Shown: positions 53,270-64,000 of the stretch, one piece after another
How positions within the stretch are numbered: the first letter of the stretch is position 1
Layout of the letters: the number at the start of each line of letters is the position of its first letter
Origin: Octopus vulgaris
Taxonomy: Eukaryota
DNA: 64,000 nt
Direction: 5' to 3'
NCBI GenBank assembly: GCA_951406725.2
Contig: OX597830.1
Span: 34,286,001-34,350,000 of the forward strand
The notes under the pieces: model-generated
Seen by the model: the letters and a program-made list of their open reading frames with translations, nothing else
Databases searched by the model: none
Told to the model about the DNA's origin: nothing
Position numbers and translations under genes: made by a program

Positions 53270-54065
53270 TATCTAATAGAAAGAAGGTGTAAATATACAT
53301 ATGAGATAGGGAGTTAGATGCAGTTTGTAGATAGAACAATGGGATTGAAACAGTACGTAGATAGACTTGGGATATGTCAAGTGTGTAGATAAAGAGATAA
53401 GATAGATGAATAGTGTGTAGAAGGATGAGATAGTGTGTATAGGTTGAGATGAGATAGACAGTGTGTGTATATAGAGATGGTTGAAAAGAGAGATATAAGA
53501 TGAATATGGAGAGGTGAGATAGAATAGATATGTAGACAGATGGAGAGGTATGATAGATAGAATGTTGGTAAAATGATAGGATGGATAGTGTAGGTACATA
53601 GAGAGAAAATTAGGATTTAGATGTAGAGGTAGATATATATGGTAGAGAAACACAGTGTAAGTAGAGATGAGATTGTGGATGGATGGAGAGGAGAAAGAGA
53701 TAGTGTTAAACAGAGGAAAGAGATAGCATATGTAGATGGAGAGGTGAGGTTGTGTATATAGACAGAGGAAATAGATAGATGGTTTATGTCGACAGAAGGA
53801 AGCGCTGGATAGAGATGTGATAAGATAGAGTGTAGATAGAAAGACAAAATAGATAGTAGATAGAGAGATGTGATAGAGAATATAGATAGAATGATGAGCT
53901 ATATGGAGCTCATAGACAGAGAGATGAGCCAGAGTGTAAAGATAGAGCATATGAGATAGTGTGGTGATAGAAACGGTGTTATGTGAATCTAGATAGAAGA
54001 AAAGAGTTAGAGAAGTTTGACTGTTAGAGATAGGCAATAGAGGAGGAGGAGGAGGAGGAGGTGGC
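53270..54065. repeat. Cryptic (GATA/GA)-rich low-complexity tract
   Basis: Purine-rich, C-poor plus strand made of decayed GATAG/GAGA units. Confidence 0.8.
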
Positions 54066-55587
54066 GGGGAAGAGTCGGTCATGGTGGGGTGAAGTGAGAG
54101 GGGCACAGGTTGGTGTGGGTAGGGGTTTATGGCGTGATGAAAGGGAATCTAATATCGGTAACAATTATGAACGCAACCAATTAAGAATAATAGCTTTCTG
54201 CTATTATTGCCGGTAACGATTCTGAACAATTAGCGAATTTGTAATTAACGATAAAACTAATGAAGATACAAATATCATGAACGATATTTTTTGATGTGTC
54301 GAGGCAGAAGAGAAGGGATGGAGAAGGACCTTTGTTTCTTGTTGTTTTTACTTTCCTTTTGTTTGTTTTGTAAGTTTTGTTGTTGTTGTTGTTGTTGTCG
54401 TCGCTGGTATTGTTTTCTGGTTTGATTGAGATTTGTTTTTTTTTTATTCATATGTTTTTAATTCTTTTGCTTGCTTTCTCTAGTTTTTCTCTTCCTCTTC
54501 TTTCCAACCTTCCCCTCTATTTTATTCTCATTTACACCGCCTCGAGTCATCAACGCTTCGTTTGGGCAATCCGTTATCATTGACGATTGTTTTGAAAGAA
54601 AAAAAAAAACACAAAATAAATCTAAAACCATGGTTGAAAGAATCAATAGGATAGTAGCTTTTATTGTTGTTTTGTTCTTGTTCTCATCTTTATTGTTGAA
54701 GCTATTATCATTATTATTATTATTATTACCATTATTATTATTATTATTACCATTATTATTGTTATTATTATTATAATTACTATTATTGTTATTATCATTA
54801 TTATTGTTGTTGTTGGTTTTATCATCGTAGTTCTTACCATTATTGTTGTGTTGTCAGCTGTCTCATCTTGTTGTTCTCGTTGCTATTGTGGTAGTTGATA
54901 TTCTCCATTATATTGTTCTTACCATTACTCTTATTCTTGATGTTGTTGTTGTTATTGTCTTCCATATTATTTTTAGTATCTATTTCCACACTTTATAGTT
55001 GTTGTTTCGTCTGCTGTTGTTGCTGTCCTGTCTGTTATTGTTATCACAGGTGATACTATTGGCACTGTTACAGTTTTTGTTGTTCCTGTTTTGTTGTTTT
55101 CAGTGTCGATGTTATTGTTGTTGCTGTTGTAGTTGTTACTGTTGATGTTATGCAGTTGTTGTTGTTTTTGTTGCTGTTGCTTTTGATTCTGCTGTTGTTA
55201 TTTTATGCACTAAATTGATAGAAGTCCTTAAGGATAGAATTTTCTTCATTGTTTTGTTTATATTTTTCAAGTTGTAAAAACAAAGAAAAGTGAATTAGAA
55301 AATAAGTAAAAAAAAAAAAACCCCTAAAAAACAATGATTAAGCAAATATTAGGAATTGGATATAGAAGAGGGATAGCTGGGCGGGAACTACTTATGGAGA
55401 TAGAGAAGTAAAATATAGCTTCTTAGATGTGTGTGTGTTCTGAGAAAGAAGAAAATAGAAAGAGTAGGGTGAGAAAGAGTGTGAGAGAAAGAACACAGTG
55501 TGTTATATTTAGAGAGATGAAAGATGGAACAAATACACACACACACACACATATATATATGTGTGTGTGTGTGTGTATTTATGTATA

Positions 55588-56035
55588 GGCGTGGCTGTGT
55601 GGTAAGTAGCTTGCTTACCAACCACATGGTTCTGGGTTCAGTCCAACTGTGTGGTACCTTGGGCAAGTGTCTTCTACTATAGCCTCAGGCCGACCAAAGC
55701 CTTGTGAGTGGATTTGGTAGACGGAAACTGAAAGAAGGCCGTCGTATATATATATAAATATATACATATATATATGTGTGTGTGTGTGTCTGTGTGTGTG
55801 TGCGTGCACATGCGTATGTGTGCATGTTTGCATATCTATGTTTGTCCCCCCACCATCGCTTGACAACTGATGCTGGTGTGTTTACATCTCCGTAACTTAG
55901 CGGTTCGGCAAAGAGACTGATAGAATAAGTAGTAGTCTTATAAAGAATAAGTTGGGGGGTCAATTTGTTTGACTAAAGTTGATGCTCCAGCATGGCCACA
56001 GTCAAATGATGGAAACAAATAAAAGAATAAAAAGA
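55588..56035 (+). mobile_element. SINE family A
   Basis: Collinear, with a small deletion in the head. Confidence 0.88.
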
Positions 56036-57385
56036 ATATATGTAAATATATGCGCATATAAATATATATATATATATATATACAGATAGATAGATAAAGA
56101 GAAAGATAGATAGATACATACATACATACATACATACCATCACATTGGTAAAGATTGATTATGTATGATAGTTTCAGACTTGTTAATTGATTGAGAAATT
56201 TTTTAAAAGTCTATTGATAGCTAATTAATTATAAATATATACTTTGTTTGGTAGCAAAAGAAAACAATGTATTGTTCCCAAGTACACTTTTGCCTGATGA
56301 TTAGTTGTCTGAAACTTGGAATAACAGTTTGTGAACTTTTTTTAGCTTCAATAATATACTCCCCTCCCCTCCTCTCTCTCTCTCACCCTCCTCTTTCTTT
56401 CCCTCCTCTTTCTTCCCCTCCATATGTGTAGGTGTTTGTATGTTTGATTGTGTGACCATAATAAGCCTTGCTTTGCAACTACGTGGTTTTCTGTCCAGTC
56501 CTGTTATTTGGTACCGTGGACAAATGCTTTCTATTATAATAGCCTTAGGCTGACTAAGACTTTGAGAGTGGAACTGGTGGACAGAAACTGCAAATGCTCA
56601 TCGTGTGTGTGTTTCTGCAAGTTAATTCTGCATGTCATCTTTAGCGCCGAGAAACATTTTCCAGTAAACAAAATCCTACAATTCGCTGGCTTAATTGATT
56701 TTGAAATGTAAGGGCTAGAATGATAAAATTACCTTATATAAGAAACTCTAGACATAGAAAACTGTGCCTGTGCTTATGTAGATGTAGACAATCTAGATCA
56801 GTCTGTAGATATTGTGCTCTTGTACACAATATTCATGGTGAGACATTTACTATCCAATAAATACCAAGAGGACAGCTTCATAGATTGGGGGTTTAATATC
56901 TTGCTAAATTTACTAGATCTGGGGAAGCGTTTTTCTAACAAAGCAAAAAATTGCTTGGGTAACCTCTTTTGGATATTAAGATAGACGGGTGGGGGTGAAA
57001 CCAGATTATGTCACAAACCCTAGATTACTTGTCATGTTTTGAGGGGCTGTGACTGTATAAGATGCGATGGGAAGGTAAATGTCGATTGAGATGCCAGTGG
57101 GCAGTGGTAGAATTCCAACACAGCATCATATTGTTAGCAGGGTGTCTATAAGGTTTATACAATAGTAACAATATGGAGGGATGAGGGGATGCTTTTAGTA
57201 TCCATTATAGAGACAGAGAGATCCCCAATGTTACGTAGTGAAGGACAAGAGTCACCCAAGATTGGAATATACTTATTTGTGCTACTACAGCAGGCTCTGC
57301 TTAGTGCACTCCAGTTCATGGTAGTTAAAACCATCAGCCCAACTACAGAGGATAAGCTAACCCTATATATATATATATATATTGC

Positions 57386-57418
<33 letters not shown>

Positions 57419-57822
57419 GGTGCAGGAGTGGCTGTGTGGTAAGTAGCTTGCTTACCAACCACATGGTTCCAGGTTCAGTCCCACTGCATGGTATCTTGGG
57501 CAAGTGTCTTCTGCTATAGCCCCGGGCCGACCAATGCCTTGTGAGTGGATTTGGTAGACGGAAACTGAAAGAAGCCTGTCGTATATATGTATATATATAT
57601 ATAAGTGTGTGTTTGTTTGTCTGTGTTTGTCCTCCTAGCATTGCTTGTTAACTGATGCTGGTGTGTTTACGTCCCTGTCACTTAGCGGTTCGGCAAAAGA
57701 GACCGATAGAATAAATACTGGGCTTACAAAGAATAAGTCCTGGGGTCGATTTGCTCGACTAAAAGTTGTGCTCCAGCATGGCCGCAGTCAAATGACTGAA
57801 ACGAGTAAAAGAGTAAAAGAGT
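57419..57822 (+). mobile_element. SINE family A
   Basis: Full length with (GTAAAAGA)2 tail. Confidence 0.9.
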
Positions 57823-57917
57823 ATATATATCCCATGCTGGTGCCACACAAAAAGCACCCAGCATGCTCTGTAAAGTTGTTGGTGTTAGGAAAGGCATCCG
57901 ATCATAGAAATTAACTT

Positions 57918-58150
57918 AAGGTGGCGAGGTGGCAGAAATGTTAGCATGCCGGGCGAAATGCATAGCGGTATTTCGTCTGCTGTTATGTTCTGAGATCAAA
58001 TCCCACCGAGGCCGACTTTGCCTGTCATCCTTTTGGGGTCGATTAAATAAGTACCAGTTATGCACTGGGGAAGATATAATCGACTTAATCCGTTTGTCTG
58101 TCCTTGTTTGTTCCCTCTGTGTGTAGCCCCTTGTGGGCAGTAAAGACATA
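57918..58150 (+). mobile_element. SINE family B with 14-bp TSD, inside an RTE-type tail
   Basis: AGAAATTAACTTAA at 57906-57919 and 58151-58164. Confidence 0.88.
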
Positions 58151-59023
58151 AGAAATTAACTTAAATCAGACTAGAACCTAGTACGGTTCTCCTGCTTACC
58201 AGCTCTGATAAAACCATCCAACCCATGCCGGCATGGAAAACAGGTGTTTGTTGATGATGATGATGATGACGACGACGATGATGATGATGATGATGATGAG
58301 GAGGAGGAGGAGGAGGAGGAGGATCCTTGTGTGATATAAGAGATAACTAAAAGGATTGACATACGCGTCCTACTGTGAAATAAAGCCTCAAAAAGTTTCA
58401 TTTAACCTGTGTCCATTTCAAGATGTCAATGCCAAAGTGACAATTGCTTGTGATGCTGTTTTGTTTTTATGTGTTCACATAACAGTCTTGGTTAGAAAGT
58501 AATTTCAGCCAAGGTGTGCTAACCTATCAATAAAACATTGATGGATAAAATCAAGACCTGAAGTTGACATCATCAACTACAGCTTAAGAAGGTGTTGTCC
58601 CAGCATGACCATGATCCAAAGAGTGAGAACAGGAAATAAATAAATAACAGAGACCTTCAATTACATTTGCTATATATTGCTATATTTACTTCTAAAAAAA
58701 AAACCCTCCTCACCTCTCATACATGACTAATACTTAGTACTTCTACCATGAGAAATAAATATACAACTATTGTAATAACTATGACAACATCTACAACAAA
58801 TATATCTCCTGAAGAGATATGAATTATTAAAAATAAAAATAAACACATAATCTAAACGAACAAGATAACGACAATATAGCAATAAAAATTAACAAAGAGA
58901 ATTGTGAGATAAAAAATTAAAAAAAAAATAGCAGAGTTTAAAACAACAACAACAACATCAACAAGTAAAACAACTATATCATGATCAATGATAATAGGAA
59001 TAATAACAGAAACAACAATAGCA

Positions 59024-59095
<72 letters not shown>

Positions 59096-59849
59096 GCAAT
59101 AGTGATAATAATAATAATAACAGCAGGGGAAGTATTTTACAGAAATGAGCTAAGAAGTATTGAGAGAACAACAACAACAATATTAATAGATATGACAATT
59201 GTAGCATTGTTTGTTCTTCAATAATTTTCAGCCATAATAACACGTCCTACCATGTTATTCCAAAATAATTTATATAGCACAGCTAGGTATTAAACAATAA
59301 GCTACAACCAAATATTGTTTAATATAGATGTATGTTTGTGTGTTGGTATGCACCTGAATATATATATGTGTGTGTCTGTCTGTCTGTTTCCATAGATATT
59401 TATATAAGTGTGTGTGTATGTAAGTGTGTGTATGTAAGTATATACATACTACCATAACAGCACATAAACTTACACTTATGTGTTATGTCATTATCACTAT
59501 AGATATCAATGTATATAATGATAAATAACATACAACATATATATATATACACATATGTATGTATATGTGTGTGTGTGTGTTTATGAATTGCTTTTGAAAT
59601 ATTTCTTATATTTCAATGTAAGGTGAAATATATATGTAAAAAAGACAAACACACACTCACACATACATACAGACACACATATATACATTTACATATATAT
59701 GTGTATATACAGCTGTATCTGTGTGTATATCAATCATCTATCTATCTATCTATCTATCTATCATCATTCTATCTACCTATCTACCTATCTATCTACCTAT
59801 CTATGTATGTATGTATCTATGTATGTATGTATGTATGTATGTATGTATG

Positions 59850-59910
<61 letters not shown>

Positions 59911-59997
59911 GTCTGTCTGTCTGTCTGTCTATTTATCTATCTATACATATATACATACATACATGCATACATACACACACACAGCCAAATATATATA

Positions 59998-60275
59998 TCA
60001 TCATCATCATCATTTAACGTCTGCTTTCCATGCTAGCATGGGTTGGACGATTTGACTGAGGAATGGTGGACCAGATGGCTGCAGCAGGCTCCAGTCTGAT
60101 CTGGCAGAGTTTCTACATCTAGATGCCCTTCCTAATGCTAACCACTCCAAGAATGTAGTAGGTGCTTTTACGTGCCACTGGCACTAGGGCCAGTCAGGAA
60201 GTACTGGCAACAGCCATGCTCAAGTGGTGTTTTTTTACGTGCCAGCTACATGGAAGCCAGCCAGGTGCTCTGGCA
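59998..60275 (-). mobile_element. RTE-type 3' tail
   Basis: (CAT)n-TTAACGTCTGCTTTCCATGCTAGCATGGGTTGGACG, near-exact reverse complement of 50296-50346. Confidence 0.85.
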
Positions 60276-60523
60276 TACATACATACATACATATATATAC
60301 ACACATACTTACATACATAATATATATGATTTCTTCCTGTGCTTATAGATGTGTGTATTATCTATATATATGCAGATATTTATACAAATGTATGAGTGTG
60401 TGTATATACATATATATAGAAGTGTGTGTATACACACACTTATAAATACATACACCTAACTGAATGAACCACTGAAAGGAAGTACCCAACATATTTGTTT
60501 GGAGTTACATGCATTTAATTACA

Positions 60524-60850
60524 GTGAAAGCACAGGGTTAAATCATCGGGCTCACAATCATGAGGTAGTGAGTTCAATTCCCAGACCAGGCAGTGTGTTG
60601 TGTTCTTGAGCAAGACACTTTATTTCACATTGCTCCAGTCCACTCAGCTGTAGAAATGAGTTGTGACGTCACTTGTGCCAAGCTGTGTCAGCTTTTGCCT
60701 TTCCCTTGGATAACATTGGTGGCATGGAGAAGAGAGGCTGGTATGCATGGGTGATTGTTGGTCTTCTGTAAACAACCTTACTTGGACTTGTGCCTAGAAG
60801 GGGAACTTTCTAGGAGCAATTCCATGCGCATTCATGACTAATCTAGGTCT
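60524..60850 (+). mobile_element. SINE family D
   Basis: Collinear with 9064-9396. Confidence 0.85.
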
Positions 60851-61339
60851 TTACTCCTTTTACATGTTTAGTGACAGATTTTGTCTTCAAACGTCTGACA
60901 AGGTGGACTTGTATTCTATGGAGCATACAGATTACTCACATATTTCAACAGTGTATGTATTATCCATTGAATTCTTATGGTGATGAGATGGGCCCTCAGT
61001 GTTTAGTGATAAGTTAATTTACACGGGGCCAGACTGAAGGAAATGCTGAAAAGAAAGACATACAAATGTCTGGGAACAGTGCCATGAAAGAATTTCTTCA
61101 ACTCATTAGACAAAGCTGTTGGCATATGCAGATATCATCATCATCATCATCATCATCATTATTTGTCTGCTTACCATGATGGCATGGATTAGAGAGCTTG
61201 ACAGGAGCTTGCAAGGCCAGGAGGCCATACCAAGGTTCCACAGTCTGTTATTGGCTTAGTTTCTACAGCTGGATGTTCTTCCTAATATCAACCACTTTAC
61301 AAAGTTTATTGGGTGCTTTTTATGTGCCACCATTACAGA

Positions 61340-61417
61340 GAGTCATGATGGGTATATTGGGAATTCATATATTTGTAGCCCAGGGTCACTTTGATGGCAT
61401 GTGCTGCTCTCTCACTC

Positions 61418-61481
<64 letters not shown>

Positions 61482-62010
61482 TGTCCTGATGCTGTACAAG
61501 GCAGTAGCTCTCATGGCTTCTGATCTTAACTGATTGGAAGTGTTATCATGTACATTGTTTTGTCTTGGTATAAAAGATGGGCTACAGCAAATATTCTGCT
61601 CAATACCACAGATTTGCTTGCCAGTTGTTTGACCTTAAACAGTTCAGCATGTCCCTTAGTGGCTGACGATATGTGCATCTCTGATCACAAGCAGAAGTAG
61701 TGGGGGAGCATCATAGCCATGTATTGAGAAAGAATCTTGGAGGTTTCTACAATTCACCTATCGAAACATGGGGGGGGGGGGTTTCATTCAACATCCTTAA
61801 GCAACCCTTATTCAGGGTCCTTTTGAGCAGGATGGGCTACTCGACCAGAAGACAATTCTAACTGGGCTCCACCCGCAAGGTCATGCACTGTTTATCTTGA
61901 TATGAGATCACCATGTCACGCACACACGGTTGTGATGCATGTGCCTAGTGTACCCTTATCATGATAGGTATACTGAGCTTCTTATATTTTACCACAGTGT
62001 CACTCAATAA
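61340..62010 (+). mobile_element. Two tandem 3' ends of a probable retroelement terminating in (AAT)n
   Basis: TCATGATGGGTATATTGGG...TCACTCAATAAT (61342-61422) recurs at 61959-62010; the longer copy starts after (AAT)n at about 61482. Confidence 0.55.
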
Positions 62011-62029
62011 TAATAATGTTAATAATTTC

Positions 62030-62271
62030 AAATTTTTCCGCAAGATTAGCAAGTTCAGAGAAGAGGGAGCAAGTCAATTACATTCAGCCTCTGTGCTTAA
62101 CTGGTGCTTATTTCATCGACCTTGAAGGCAAAGTCAGTCTCGGCAGAATTTGGGTTCAGAATGTAAAGACAGACTAAGCAGAATTTGAACTCAGAACATA
62201 AAGCAGGATGAAAGGCAACTAAGATTTTCACTTGGCATACTAACAATTCTGCCAGCTCATTGCTTAATAAC

Positions 62272-62321
<50 letters not shown>

Positions 62322-62530
62322 TAATAACCCTTTCTACTAATAGGCACAAGGCTTGACATTTGGAGGAGGGGGATGGTTGATTACATCGACCCCAGTACTC
62401 TACTAGTGCCTATTTTATCAACCCTATAAGGATGAAAGACAAAGTTGACCTCGGTGAATTTTGAACTCAGAATGCAAAGACGGGTGAAACACCATTAAGC
62501 ATTTCCTCCAGCATGCTAATGATTCTGTTA
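62030..62530 (-). mobile_element. Family B SINE cluster
   Basis: GAATTTGAACTCAGAA...AAGCATTT...ATTCTG motifs in two copies separated by (AAT)n. Confidence 0.75.
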
Positions 62531-62885
62531 GGAACAGTGATGATCCTTCAAATGTACTTGGATGGCTGAGATCACATGTGGCAATTAGTCACCCAAGAGT
62601 GAACACCTAAATTCCATCATAGGGGTGAGATACAAAGAATTTTGAAATAATATTAATGGAATTCTTTTCTGGAGAGGTACATCATCTAGGAACCCCAAAA
62701 GGCTGGAAAACACAGGTGGCATTGTTAGCATAATTATGAAGAACTATAATGAATAAAGCAAAACATTCCATTTAATACTGAAACAACTCTGCTACAAAAC
62801 CATCAATGAACATATTTTTATATTCATGACTATAATTATAAACATTACACATAACACACTTATACATATTATATGTATATATATA

Positions 62886-63218
62886 ACCCCGCTTCAGTCA
62901 TGACTGACCATGGGATTGCACCTAGAAAGTTACCCTCCTAGGCACAAGTCCGAGCAAGGTTGTTTATGGAAGACCAGCAGTCACCTATGCATACCGGCCT
63001 CCCCTCTCCATACCACCAGTGTTATCCAAGGGAAAGGCAACAGTAGATACAGCTTGGCACCTGTATGTCGCAACTCATTTTTACAGCTGAGTGAACTGCG
63101 GTAATATGAAATAAAGTGTCTTGCTCAAGAACACAACATGCATCCCAGTCCATGATTCGAACACAAAACCTCACGATCGTAAGCTCTATGTTCTAACCAC
63201 TGAGCCATATGCCTTCGC
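62886..63218 (-). mobile_element. SINE family D
   Basis: Reverse complement of 9064-9396. Confidence 0.85.
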
Positions 63219-63290
63219 ATATATACACATGTATATATATATATATATATATATAATATACACATACCTTAAGAGTATAATATGTATACA

Positions 63291-63341
<51 letters not shown>

Positions 63342-63481
63342 GCAGACAGACAGATAGATAGTTATTCAAACATGTTTGTTAATACATATATGCATACATT
63401 TGTAATATACATGTGTATATATAGCTGTATGTATGCGTTTGTGTATATGTGTGTGTATATATATATGTATATATGTATATA

Positions 63482-63539
<58 letters not shown>

Positions 63540-63885
63540 CATACACACACAGTCATAAATATTCTTGCTCTACAAACATACACACCACTCTTACATTTAT
63601 TTACCATCAATAATAAAAGCCAAGTAAATGGTCTCCAAGTCCATTGGAATATTTCACAATGATACATCTCCACATATATAACTCTGTACACTAACAACCA
63701 TACAATGGTGAACAAAAACACAACACTGCTAAATATAACACAATACAGCAGATATTATGTTCTATATTTAAGACAATTGTTAAATTAGCTATAAAAGAAT
63801 GGTAAATTATATTTTCGGAAAATGTCTGAAATGGTAAATTGTTTCCTATTATTTTTTAATGTTTTTCATAGTTACACATAATATG

Positions 63886-63991
<106 letters not shown>

Positions 63992-64000
63992 ATATGTATA

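Noticed and set aside
53273-54106. 277-aa minus-strand ORF, the longest in the track
   Set aside because: It is a by-product of the low-complexity GA-rich tract; S/L/Y/I/H-biased with no domain.
56294-56316. CTGATGA...GAAAC hammerhead candidate
   Set aside because: Stem II is only about 2 bp and there is no stem I or III pairing.

Overview
This is AT-rich, microsatellite-saturated animal DNA, intronic or intergenic. Its SINE and LINE repertoire looks like Octopus (pattern recognition, not a database hit). I can support no host protein-coding exon; nearly all listed ORFs are read-through of (TA)n, (CA)n, (AAT)n or (CAT)n repeats. The window holds dozens of tRNA-headed SINE copies (labelled A-D here) built from shuffled modules, a 5'-truncated RTE LINE with many RTE 3' tails, and R4/Dong-like remnants sitting in (TAA)n. 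It also holds two Helentron-type HINE/DINE-like elements and mariner, hAT and TTAA MITEs. The most interesting signal is a set of unrelated short non-coding elements carrying minimal type I hammerhead-ribozyme folds, mostly with the 5' fold-back typical of Penelope-like elements. One couples a Pol III tRNA-like head to the hammerhead (16991-17420); another family shows a compensatory U3-A8 core (52479-52521, 25096-25140). SINE boundaries are approximate.
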